Origin: Eledone cirrhosa
Taxonomy: Eukaryota
Length of the DNA stretch: 64,000 nucleotides
Direction of reading: 5' to 3'
Assembly (NCBI GenBank): GCA_964016885.1
Contig: OZ024746.1
Coordinates: 91,450,001-91,514,000 of the forward strand
In this document: positions 25,456 to 37,407 of the stretch, in pieces
How positions within the stretch are numbered: position 1 is the stretch's first letter
How the letters are laid out: every line of letters starts with the position of its first letter
Position numbers and translations under genes: made by a program
Notes under the pieces: generated by a model
What the model was told of the DNA's origin: nothing
Databases searched by the model: none
What the model saw: only the letters and a program-made list of their open reading frames with translations

Positions 25456-26626
25456 CTAAAACTATTGTTTACCAATTTCTGATTTCACAGTTCTTATTAC
25501 ATCTCCAAATGGGGGAGAGATAAGGTAGTGATCCAGAGCCACAACAGTTAAAACATTTCTATATAGAGGTGATATACTATGGAATGTTACATTTCTATAT
25601 AGAGGTGTATATATTATGGAATGTTCCATTTCTATATAGAGGTGTATATACTATGGAATGTAACATAAATTTGCTGGACTTTTCACATTCAATTATCAGA
25701 TATGGAGTTGACACAGGCTAAACAGGGAGAGGTTGGAAGAGAAACGGAAATATGAAACTAATTGATTATTCCAGTTTATCTGAGCATTAAACCTTTGATT
25801 GACACACTAGCTTTAAGTAATAAGACGGCTTCAGTGTCTTAAATTTAAATTGAAACTGATTTTGAACCTTTGGAATTTGTTTTTGTCATTTGGGAACTGT
25901 CAGAAGGGCATTGAAGAAGGTCTGGAACACTTATTTATTTATTTTGACAAATCTGTGAATAAGGTTATACTCAAGTGTCAAAAGACCCTATCCGTTTCAC
26001 TAAGTTATCAATCTAGACTTTGAAGATCTTTATTTCAGGGCTGGCACCCACAACAAAACTTCTGAGGTATTAAAGTTTTGTTTCAAAAAGTGAAATTAGT
26101 TAATCTAAAAAAAAGAGAAAAAAAAAAGAAAAAGAATTTCAGCCATTTTGACACTTAAGTAATAGCTTAAAACTTATACTCTTGTTGTAGGGTCTCAGAA
26201 AACTTGATAGGGTATAGAAAACTAAATAGGGTCTCAACAAACTGGATAAGGTCTCAGAAAACTAGACAGGGTCTCAGAAAACTAGATAGGGTCTCTACAA
26301 ACTAGATTGTTTGTAAGATTCTATTTATTATTCTGCCTAACCACTACCAAAGTCTTTAACATTTTTGGCAATGTTTTCCCCATAATTACTGGAGTTATCT
26401 GAAAAAGGGGGCTGTCAGTTTCTTCACCTATTGTATCTGCTTTATTTTTATCTTTGGGTTATTTTTCTATTCTGTTTTTCTTTAATATCTAGGCGTCTAA
26501 ACTATATTCTCTCCTCAAATATTACCTTATTTCACTCTCAACTTTGTTAACAGATTCAGTTTTATCCTCAAATGTCAAAATATGTTTATTTAGTAGTGGT
26601 AGTGGTAGTAGTAGTAGTAGTGTGTA

Positions 26627-26697
<71 letters not shown>

Positions 26698-26870
26698 TGT
26701 GTGTGTATCTATATAATACACATACACACATATATGTATATATGTATGTATGTATATATATATCTATGAATATATATATAGTGTGTGTGTATTTGTGTGT
26801 GTATCTATCTATATAATACACATACACGCATATATGTATATATATATATGTATGTATATATATATACCTA

Positions 26871-26905
<35 letters not shown>

Positions 26906-27133
26906 TCATCATCATTTTACATCCACTTTTCCATACTTGCAAGGGTGGGACATATATATATATATATATGTGTGTATATATGTGTGTATATATATGTATA
27001 TGTATGTATGTGTATGTATATATGTATATATATATATACCTGTCTAACCCATGCTAGCATGGAAGATAGACGTTAAACGATGATGATAACATATATATGT
27101 GTATGTATGTGTATATATATATATGTATATGTT

Positions 27134-27617
27134 ATACATTATGAAGAGAGAAGAAACATTTAGATATAATTAGTAATAAAATGTATCATACCTAAACTGT
27201 TCCTAAATTCCTCGACTACGTAGTTTCGTGGCATAAACAAAAACAATATATCAAAGATATAGAGTCCTTGCGAGGTCTGCCGACTTATCAAGAGGATACC
27301 TCATTTTACTAGTCTCAAGAACGCGTCTACACGACGTGAGAAAGAATCCCAAAAGGCGGAGGGGGAGATAGTCACGCGATATAACGGTCGAGAAACAGAG
27401 CTAAGCCTCTTATAACCACGAAGAAAATACCACGGAGGCGGAGGGGGTATTCATATCGAGGCCGTAGAAGAGGTAGTGAAGAAGGCGAGAAGTATGAGTA
27501 ATGGAAGCTTTTGTTTATGCCACGAAACTACGTAGTCGAGGAATTTAGGAACAGTTTAGGTATGATACATTTTATTACTAATTATATCTAAATGTTTCTT
27601 CTCTCTTCATAATGTAT
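27134..27617 (-). mobile_element. Penelope-like pseudo-LTR remnant with ~110-bp inverted arms
   Basis: 27134-27243 is the reverse complement of ~27509-27617; contains a hammerhead motif. Confidence 0.7.
27209..27296 (-). ncRNA. Type-I hammerhead ribozyme motif, U3:A8 variant with long loop II
   Basis: TCCTC-TTGATAA-GTCGGCA...TGCCAC-GAAA-CTACGTAG-TC-GAGGA: 5-bp stem I, bulged stem II, palindromic stem III, GUC site. Confidence 0.65.
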
Positions 27618-27734
27618 TTTTAACTCTGATACTGGTTCAGTCTAGTTCAAACTGAATTGGTCTGTCCCAGTCATTCATTGAGCAACATCGGTGAAGTTGG
27701 CACCCTTAACTCACAGTTGGGTGCGGATGCATTC

Positions 27735-27873
27735 ATGTATATATGTGTGTGTCCGCATGTATCTGTGTGTTTCTAAATATATGTATATGTTATATATATT
27801 TATATGCATATATATATATTTGTGTGTGTGTATATATATTATATATGTATATAAATATATATAAATATATATG

Positions 27874-27907
<34 letters not shown>

Positions 27908-28271
27908 TACATACATTTATATATATATATATATGTGTGTATATATATATGTATATATACATATTTATATATGTATATATATGTGTGTGTGTATATATGT
28001 GTGTGTGTATATATATGTGTGTATATATGTATATATGTGTATGTATATATGTGTGTATATATGTATATATGTGTGTATATATGTATATATGTGTGTATAT
28101 ATGTATATATGTGTGTGTGTATATATATGTATATATATGTGTGTGTATATATATGTATATATATGTGTGTATATATATATGTATGTATATGTGTGTGTAT
28201 ATATATGTGTGTATATGTGTGTATATATATGTGTGTGTATATATATGTATATATACATATTTATATATGTA

Positions 28272-28345
<74 letters not shown>
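27735..28345. repeat. (TA)n/(TATG)n microsatellite
   Basis: Seen directly. Confidence 0.95.
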
Positions 28346-28347
<2 letters not shown>

Positions 28348-28556
28348 GTTAATTGTATTGTGTCTAGATGTAACAAGTAGTAAAAAGGGGTTTTCTAATA
28401 TTTTGTTGTTAATCTTGTCTAGATTAGAAATGAAAACTTAGAAAAAATCTAATTTGTTGCTTTCTAGGGATTAACAATATATATATACTCATATGTCCCA
28501 AGGCTCTGATACCATCAACACTATAAACACAGAGCTGGCATATCTAAGAACTGACT

Positions 28557-28612
28557 AACTGTCTGATGAGGTCATAGCCATTCAATGGCTATCATCGAAA
28601 TATATATAATAA
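28557..28612 (+). ncRNA. Hammerhead-like motif with canonical core and weak stem I
   Basis: CTGATGA-GGTC-ATAGCCAT-TCA-ATGGCTAT-CATC-GAAA-TATATA-TA. Confidence 0.5.
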
Positions 28613-28717
28613 GGATTATGAGTTCATGCAATTGACTTATGTTTCGTCACTATACACATATATATATATACACACATATATATATATATATACACACATA
28701 TATATATACATATATAT

Positions 28718-28757
<40 letters not shown>

Positions 28758-28760
28758 GTG

Positions 28761-28872
<112 letters not shown>

Positions 28873-29142
28873 AGAGAGAGAGAAAGAGAGGGGGAGGGGT
28901 GACATTCCTGCCTGGTAGAATGTTGTCAACACAGCAATAGAATCTCAGATGTTATATAATCTTGTATAGTTTTGTTTATATGTAGTCTCTTCCTATCAAC
29001 CCTTCTTGTTCTAATACTTCTTGGAATCAACTCAGTTTCAGCAATATTCTTTACCTTTTTTTTTCTTCAAGAGAATTATAACTTAGAAGAAGCCTCTGTT
29101 AATTTGCTGACTCAGTAAAATCTTAGTTTTATGTTGGTTTGT

Positions 29143-29360
29143 TTAACCCTTTAGCATTCACATTACTCTATATATACTATTGTATTTTCATGGTAAAGGC
29201 TTTACCTCACATAATTATCTCACATAATATCAAATCTATGAGATTTTGAAAGTATTTATTTTGAGAACAATACCTTAACATCAGTTTGAGTGACCAGTTA
29301 CAGCCAGTTTCAACAGAAAGAGGAAGAGAGTTTTGGCCGGTTTGAACATTAAAGGGTTAA
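29143..29360 (+). mobile_element. piggyBac-type MITE, family A (cleanest copy)
   Basis: TTAA-CCCTTTAGCATT...AACATTAAAGGG-TTAA. Confidence 0.88.
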
Positions 29361-29449
29361 TTCCATCTTTAAACCATTCGTATCCAGTATCCAGCCGGAA
29401 TTCTAAAATGTACAGCTTTTAGTAATCCCTGTACGTTGATTCAGTACCA

Positions 29450-29825
29450 CAACAGCAAAAAGCACACAGTCCACTCTGTAAGGTGGTTGTGTTGGTGACA
29501 TGACAAAAAGTACCCTGTCCACTCTGTAAGGTGGTTGTGTTGATGACATGACAAAAAGCACCCTGTCCACTCTATAAGGTGGTTGTGTTGATGACATGTC
29601 AAAAAGCACCCTGTCCACTCTATAAGGTGGTTGTGTTGATGACATGTCAAAAAGCACCCTGTCCACACTATACCATGGTTAGCATTAGGAAGAGCATCCA
29701 GCTGTATAAACCAAACAGAAACCAAAATACAGCTCCGTATGAGCATGACATGGTGTCTGGACCTGACCTGTCTAATCCATAGAAGCGTGGAAAATGGACA
29801 TTAAATAATGATGATGATGATGATG
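29450..29825 (+). mobile_element. RTE-type 3' tail with an internal 48-bp tandem repeat (4 copies plus a partial)
   Basis: AAAAAGCACCCTGTCCACTCT... units, then TAGGAAGAGCATCCAGCTG and a (GAT)n tail. Confidence 0.75.
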
Positions 29826-30133
29826 CCGACAATGCTGATGATATTTTTCTCACTTGAAATTAATCTAGTTTACTATCTTTCCTTTAATTCCTTATATATC
29901 CAATATTTCCTGATAGTTTATTGATCTCTGTTTCAATTGATAAGTATTTCTTCAATATAAATAACTAACTGGCCCCATGCCATCAAAAATGATGGCTAAT
30001 TGTAATATCTATACATAATATAAAAAAAGAGTTGTTTATTGGTGGGTTGCTTTCTTCACAGTCACTCACACAAGTGATACAAACATACAGCTGTGCTGAA
30101 TCTTAGAACACTGGACTTCTATAGTTTCTCACG

Positions 30134-30316
30134 CCCTTCCTTCCTCAGTCGACGTAGTCACCCCTTCCTTCCTCAGTCAACGTAATCACACCTTCCTTCC
30201 TCAGTCGACGTAATCAACCCTTCCTTCCTCAGTGCACGTAATCACCCCTTCCTTCCTCAGTCAACGTAATCACACCTTCCTTCCTCAGTGCACGTAATCA
30301 CCCCTTCCTTCCTCAG
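30134..30316. repeat. 28-bp minisatellite CCTTCCTTCCTCAGTCGACGTAATCACC, ~6.5 copies
   Basis: Seen directly. Confidence 0.9.
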
Positions 30317-31580
30317 ACATCTCTAGTGCATTATAGACAAATACACAAGACTAAGATAGAATCTTAGGGGGCACTGTAGTGACAACAGCATGCCTATTTT
30401 AAACCTAGCAGAGTCTATCCCTATCCAGGCCTACCATAATAGCTCACTAATATTTTATTTACTAGTCAATAAAAATATAATTTCAGAATCTTTTTTACTG
30501 GAGGTAAATAAATGATTTGTATCTTTTATTGACAAGATAGGAAACTAGGTAAATATATTATTATTGCACCATTGAGGCTTGCAGTATCAGCAAAGTATTG
30601 GACAAAATGCTTTACAGTATTTAGTTATGATGTTCTATGTCCTGGGTTCAAATGCTACCAGTGTTAAGCTTTGCCTTGCATCCTTCTGGAGTTGATAAAA
30701 TAAAATACCAGTTACGTACGGAGGATCGATATAATTTGACTCTCCATCGTCTACATTGTTGTCTCTTTGTGTCAGTGTTAGAAATAGTTGTTATCACAGC
30801 ATATGGAAGTAAAGTAGACACCATATTCTATTGTCTGTGGGTTGGGGTGGAATTTTATCCCCATTATAAACTTCCGAACATGTGGTTTATAACAGAAAAT
30901 ATATTTGATATAATTAAAATATGGAGGAGATGCTGCCTACAAGACCAGCTTCCTATAACTTTTATATGTGATGAATTTTAATGTGTTGCTACGTGTTACT
31001 GCATGGACTGCTACATGTGGTGTTGTGTATGATGCTACATGTGCTGTTGTGTATGATGCTACATGTGTTGCTGTGTGTCTTGTCACATGGGATGCTACCT
31101 GTGTTGCTACATGTGATTGAATTAATAAAATCTGTTGTTGGACATTATTGAATAAATCAAATCAAATAATTAAATATAGAAAATTAATATTCATTAATGT
31201 AATTTAATTTGTAAAGAACTACAAAATGATGTGTGTGCTTTTATTGGCTATAATTATATGGGAAAGTTATATTTGATATGCAACATGTAGCACCAATATT
31301 AATTTTTGAATTGAAGCTGTGTTGGCTACCACTCCACATATAAGCAAGAAATCTATAAGATTTTACCTTACTTTGGGTTTCAATATTAGGCTAAGTCAGA
31401 GGTTCTCAAACTTTTGGGGCCACGTAATACCCCCCTCCCTCACCACCACCACCACCATCAGTCTGTGATGACACATCTAAACCTTACTAGCAGAGAAAGT
31501 GCACATTAAACAATGATGGTGATGATGTTAGTTTATCATTAGTAACATAGATGTAAAAAGAATGTGATTTTGCCAATAAG

Positions 31581-32130
31581 AATAAAGACATCTATGAGAT
31601 TGTGTAGAATCTACACAATCTCATAGATGTCTTTATTATAGATGTCTATATGTCTTTATTATAGATGTCTAGATGTCTTTATTATAGATGTCTAGATGTC
31701 TTTATTATAGATGTCTAGATGTCTTTATTATAGATGTCTAGATGTCTTTATTATAGATGTCTAGATGTCTTTATTATAGATGTCTAGATGTCTTTATTAT
31801 AGATGTCTATATGTCTTTATTATAGATGTCTAGATGTCTTTATTATAGATGTCTAGATGTCTTTATTATAGATGTCTAGATGTCTATATTATAGATGTCT
31901 ATATGTCTTTATTATAGATGTCTAGATGTCTTTATTATAGATGTCTAGATGTCTTTATTATAGATGTCTAGATGTCTTTATTATAGATGTCTAGATGTCT
32001 TTATTATAGATGTCTAGATGTCTTTATTATAGATGTCTAGATGTCTTTATTATAGATGTCTAGATGTCTTTATTATAGATCTCTAGATGTCTTTATTATA
32101 GATGTCTAGATGTCTATATTATAGATGTCT
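31581..32130. repeat. Perfect 28-bp-arm palindrome (31581-31637) continuing into a 23-bp satellite TAGATGTCTTTATTATAGATGTC, ~22 copies
   Basis: Seen directly. Confidence 0.95.
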
Positions 32131-32518
32131 ATATAAATGCTTAATATACATATGCAATATATTTGTAAAAAAAAGAAAAAAACCAGCTATTTATTGTTTA
32201 AAATTTAAACAATAAATAGCTTTTTTTTTTTTTTAACCCCCCCCCCCCCTCATATCAAAGCCCCCTCCCCCTGGGGGGGGGGGGGGGTTAGAATTATTCT
32301 GGATTAGAATACTGACCAGAGAACATGTCTGGCCACAAGACTCAGCTGATTGTAATGTTTTAATATGACATTAACAAACAAACAATCAAACTCAAACAGA
32401 ATAGTCAGACATCGAGGTCAAGGGGACTGTGTGTGTAAGTGTGTGTGTGGCTGCGTGTGTAAGTGTATATACATACATAGTATGTGTATGGCAGGGATGT
32501 GGAATGACCCAGACTTAC

Positions 32519-32632
32519 CTAAAACAAGTCAGTATGTCTGGCATACAGTTATTCCATTTCATCCTCAAAATTGACCATATGGACGATGTTCTGCTCCTGT
32601 CCCGGACGAATATTTCACCTGATGTAGAGAAT
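32519..32632 (-). CDS. Candidate 114-bp symmetric (phase 2/2) coding exon
   Basis: Pyrimidine tract + TAG acceptor, strong AG|GTAAGT donor, only one frame open: FSTSGEIFVRDRSRTSSIWSILRMKWNNCMPDILTCF; lies in unique sequence. Confidence 0.4.
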
Positions 32633-33004
32633 CTATCCAATAACAGGCAAAAACAAGAATCTCATTAAACAATTTACCATTTCTACCTGTATTTTATTTG
32701 TAGTAAGGAATGTCATTAAAGTAATATCAGATATAATTCTTGTTTAAATCCTGGGATTAAGGTAAACCTTCTGGATAGGTTGAGGTGGAGCAAATCTATT
32801 ATATTTTGATATCATGACCTGTCAATGAGACACTGCATAGCTATGAGGCCTGCACACCACAAAAGAATGTCAACCCCTGGTTTATAGTATGGTGTGAGAG
32901 GCTTACCCACAGTAGTGTTTGTTTTTTGTTCTTTAAATCACTCTTTTTTTCAAATTCTGAATTATTATTGTTATAATTATTATTATTATTATTATTGTTG
33001 TTGT

Positions 33005-34350
33005 TCTTCTTCTTCTTCTTTGAGTCTCAGTCATTGATGTTATTTAACTGGAAAGTTTGTTGAAATGAATATCAAGCCGCTACCTGCAGCCTCTGACATT
33101 CGGGACGTATCGGAGGGTTCTTGTTGTTCCCAGCAAGCATGCCTTTTGAAGTGTTCCAAAAAGCGGGGCTGGACTAATCTTCTTTAACCATCCTTGGAAA
33201 CTCTTTGAGATAGTACCTAGTGCACCTATGACAATCGGGATAACCTTGATTTCATGGCAGTTCCAAATCCTTTTTACCTCCCACTTTAAGTCCTGGTATC
33301 GGTTAATTTTCTCCCTCTCCTTTTCTTGCACTCTCGTGTCAAATAGGCAGGCTACATCTACAATCAGGCACAATCTTTTTTCCTTGTCCAAAACCACCAG
33401 GTCAGGCCTATTGTGTTCCAGTTTCTTGTCCGTCTGTATCCTAAAATACCATAGCGCCTTCACCTGATCGTTTTCTATCACCGACTCTGGCTTATGCTCA
33501 TACCACTTCTCAGAATGTGGTAAATTGTTTACTTTGCATAGATGCCAGTGGATCACCCTGCCCATCACATCATGTCTCCAGCCTTTATAGTGAGTCTGGG
33601 CTAGGTGTTTACACTCGGATACAATGTGAGCCACAGTCTCCTCTCTCTCCACAGATCCTACACAGTGAGCTAGCCTCCTCCTTGTCAATATGGTGTTTCA
33701 CCCACTTCGTTCTGAGGGCTTGCTCTTGCGCAGCCATTAGCATTCCTTCTGTAGCTTTTTTAAGGTCTCCTCTTTTTAACCAATTCCATGTCTGTGGATC
33801 TCTAAATTCTGTTTTCTTAAAGAAGGTGCTATGAAGGGATTTTTCATGAAGGTTGCTCTTTCTCCTTGTTGTTATTTCCTCCTTGGACATCTCCTGGTCT
33901 ATTGTCTTCTCCTTCAGTACAATTTAGAGCATTGGCTCCTTACTACCAGTCACGTATTTGTGTAGGTTGTTTTTCTCCATCTGAACATAGTCCTCTATGC
34001 TGATAAGATCTCTTCCACCTTCAGATCTCCTTAAGTAGAGTCTATCGACATCACTCCTCTTGTGGAACATGTTGTAGATAGTCAATAGCTTCCTAGTCTT
34101 CCTATCCATTTCTTTTTGTTCAGGAACATTCCATTTCAGAATTCCCGCACTGTACCTAATAATAGACATAGCTCGGGAATTCACTGCACTTATGACATTC
34201 CTACTATTTAGATGTGATTTTAATACGCTCCTTACTCTCCTTATGTACTTAGATCTTATCAATTCCTTCATTTTTTTGTTCTTGATGTCATCTGCCTCCA
34301 GAACACCTAAATATTTGTATCCCTCTTCAGTGTCAATTTCCTTTATCATC
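33005..34350 (-). mobile_element. 5'-truncated R4/Dong-clade non-LTR retrotransposon (RT C-terminus, CCHC knuckle, restriction-like endonuclease), frameshifted
   Basis: YKYLGV, RLYLRRSEGGR, LMAAQEQAL, CRIC..ETVAHIVSEC, RHD, PDLVVLD..IVDVAC, KINRYQDL across three ORF pieces; (TAA)n on both flanks. Confidence 0.9.
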
Positions 34351-34388
34351 TTATTATTATTATTATTATTATTAATATATACATTATA

Positions 34389-34600
34389 GGATGGTGAATT
34401 GGCAGTATCGGTAGAGGGTCAGATATGCTTTCCAGCATAGTTATGTCCCTTTACGATCTGAGTTCAAATCCCGCCGAAGTTAACTTTGCCTTTCATCCTT
34501 ACGGGGTCGATAAAATAAAGTACCAGTAATACACTGGGTAATTGCTAGCCTTGTGCCAAAAGTAGAAACAATTATTATTATTATTATTATTATTATTATA
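34389..34600 (+). mobile_element. Full-length Nin-like SINE with (ATT)n tail
   Basis: Consensus match. Confidence 0.9.
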
Positions 34601-34603
34601 AAA

Positions 34604-35192
34604 AGGTGTTAGATTGGCAGTAATTGGTAGAGTGTCAGACATCATGTTTTGTGTCATAGAGATACGGCCCTTTGTGTTCTGAGTTCAAATCCCGCTGAAG
34701 TTAACTTTACCTTTCATCCTTACGGGGTCGATAAAATAAAGTACCCGTAACACTGGAGTCGATTTAACCCTTTAACATTTAAACCAGTCGTATTCAGCCA
34801 GAATTCTCTCTCCCTTTTTCTATTCAAACCAGCTGTAACCAGTTGCTCATTCTTATGTTAAAGTATTGTTCTCAAATTAAATAATATGAAAATTTGATAG
34901 ATTCGATATTATGTGAGGTAAAGTGAAAATACAATCATCATCATCACCATCATCAATGTTTAACATCTATCTTCCACGCTAGCATGGGTTTAGACGGGAA
35001 TTTGTCCTACTTGAGGCAAGATTGGTCGGGTCACCATGTCTCGCTCGTATAGGGCTGTCCGGCAGGTTTTCTACGGCTGGATGCCCTTCCTAACACCAAC
35101 CACATTTATGTTTAAAGTAAATGGTAAAGGGTTAATCAACTTTCCCTCTCCCAAAATTGCTGGCCTTGTGCCTAAATCAGAAACCATTATTA
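34604..35192 (+). mobile_element. Three-layer nest: Nin-like SINE > MITE A (34764-35135) > RTE tail (~34935-35107, -)
   Basis: SINE resumes after the duplicated TTAA; MITE body is interrupted by (CAT)n...GGATGCCCTTCCTAAC. Confidence 0.8.
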
Positions 35193-35279
35193 TCTCCTAA
35201 CTCTAATATTGATTTAATGGGTTTAGAAATGTTAGGAAATGTTGACAGTTTCCGGTTATTTAGTGCATTTCATTTATTG

Positions 35280-36075
35280 TGGTGGGGTGAGGTGGGTGTG
35301 TGGTGAGGTGGGGTGTGCGGTATGGTGTAGTGTAGTGTGGGGTGGTGGTGTGGGGTGTAGTAGGGTGGTGTGCTATGGTGTACTGTGGGGTGGTATAGTG
35401 TGGTGTGGTGTGGTATGGTGTACTGTGTGATGTGGTGTGGTGTGGTATGGTGTACAGTGTGGTGTGGTGTAGTGTGCTGTGGTGTAGTGTGATGTGGTGT
35501 AGTGTTGTGTGGTGTGGTGTGGTCTGGTATGGTGTAGTGTGCTGTGGTGTACTGTGTGGTGTGGTGTGGTGTACTGTGTGGTGTGGTGTGGTGTACTGTG
35601 TGGTGTGGTGTGGTGTACTGTGTGGTGTGGTGTACTGTGTGCTGTGGTGTAGTGTGGTGTAGTGTAGTGTGGTGTGGTGTGGTGTGGTATGGTGTACTGT
35701 GGTATGGTGTACTGTGTGGTGTGGTGTCGTTTTTCTGTTGTGTGGTGTGGTGTACTGTGCGGTGTGGTGTAGTGTGGTATAGTGTGGTTTGGTATAGTGT
35801 GGTGTGGTGTGGTGTAGTGCGGTGTGGTGTAGTGTAGTGTGGTGTGGTATGGTGTACTGTGGTGTGGTATGGTGTACTGTGTGGTGTGGTATGGTGTACT
35901 GTGCGGTGTGGTGTGGTATGGTGTACTGTGTGGTGTGGTGTAGTGTAGTGTGGTGTGGTGTGGTATGGTGTACTGTGTGGTGTGGTGTGGTGTAGTGTGG
36001 TATGGTGTACTGTGTGGTGTGGTGTAGTGTAGTGTAGTGTAGTATGGTATGGTATGGTATGGTATGGTATGGTAT
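35280..36075. repeat. Pentamer repeat (GTGTG/GTGGT/GTATG)
   Basis: Seen directly. Confidence 0.95.
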
Positions 36076-36160
36076 GTTTGTCAGTATAAAGAAACCATTA
36101 GCAGCAATACTCATTACAAGTTTCTTCAGTTCACTGATCACCGTCTCATTGTATCCTCCG

Positions 36161-36623
36161 TCACAATCACTGCAGACATAAGGGTGTAGCCCCTAACTAT
36201 CACAATCACTGCAGACATAAGGGTGTAGCCCCTAACTATCACAATCACTGGAGACATAAGGGTGTAGCCCCTAACTATCACAATCACTGGAGACATAAGG
36301 GTGTAGCCCCTAACTATCACAATCACTGGAGACATAAGGGTGTAGCCCCTAACTATCACAATCACTGGAGACATAAGGGTGTAGCCCCTAACTATCACAA
36401 TCACTGGAGACATAAGGGTGTAGCCCCTAACTAACACAATCACTGGGGACATTCGGGTGTAGCTCCTAACACAATCACTGGAGACATAAGGGTGTAGCCC
36501 CTAACCATCACAATCACTGCAGACATAAGGGAGTAGCCCCTAACTATCACAATCACTGCAGACATAAGGGAGTAGCCCCTAACACAATCACTGCAGACAT
36601 AAGGGTGTAGCCCCTAACTATCA
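36161..36623. repeat. 39-bp minisatellite TCACAATCACTGGAGACATAAGGGTGTAGCCCCTAACTA, ~12 copies
   Basis: Seen directly. Confidence 0.95.
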
Positions 36624-36717
36624 TACAACTACATACAGGTTTAGTTTTTCAAAATGACAAAAGATCATTGCTAATCAATGAGATGTAAAAGGGATTTTAT
36701 TGAAACAGATGATGTTA

Positions 36718-37281
36718 TTAACACTTTAATGTTCAAACCAGGCAAAACCGGCCAGTATTCTCTACCTCTTTCTGTTGAAACTGGCTGTAACTGGCCACTC
36801 ATACTGATGTTAAGGTATTGTTCTCAAAATAAATACTTTCAAAATCTCATAGATTCGATATTATGTGAGGTAATTATGTGAGGTAAAGCCTTTACCATGA
36901 AAATACAATAGTATATATAGAGTAATGTGAATGGTATGTGAGATATTATGTGAGGTAAAGCCTTTACCATGAAAATACAATAGTAAATATAGAGTAATGT
37001 AAATGTTATGTGAGATATTATGTGAGGTAAAGACTTCACCATGAAAATAGAATAGTATATATAGAGTAATGTGAATATTATGTGAAGTAAAGCCTTTACT
37101 GTGAAAATACAATAGTATATATAGAGTAATGTGGATGTTATATGAGGTAAAGCCTTTACCATGAAAATATAATAGTATATATAGAGTAATGTGGATGTTA
37201 TGTGAGATATTATGTGAGGTAAAGACTTTACCATGAAAATATAATAGTATATATAGAGTAATGTGAATGGTAAAGGGTTAA
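36718..37281 (-). mobile_element. MITE A with a subterminal ~60-72-bp segment amplified ~6 times
   Basis: TTAA ends retained; repeated TATGTGAGGTAAAGCCTTTACCATGAAAATACAATAGTATATATAGAGTAATGTG. Confidence 0.85.
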
Positions 37282-37407
37282 TCTAATCCATTATTAGTTT
37301 ATTGTACTTCTGTATAGGAGAGTTAGAAAGTCAAGCTAAATGTTGTCAAGGATTGTTTTGATAACGTATAATTTCAAATCCTGTCTAGGTCAGTAATTGA
37401 AGCATTC

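Noticed and set aside
31397-31430. hAT-like TIR CAGAGGTTCTCAAAC
   Set aside because: No convincing partner TIR or TSD found
36095-36190. Resemblance of ...SIAANG to phosphoglucomutase
   Set aside because: Only a few residues match and the GDGR motif is absent
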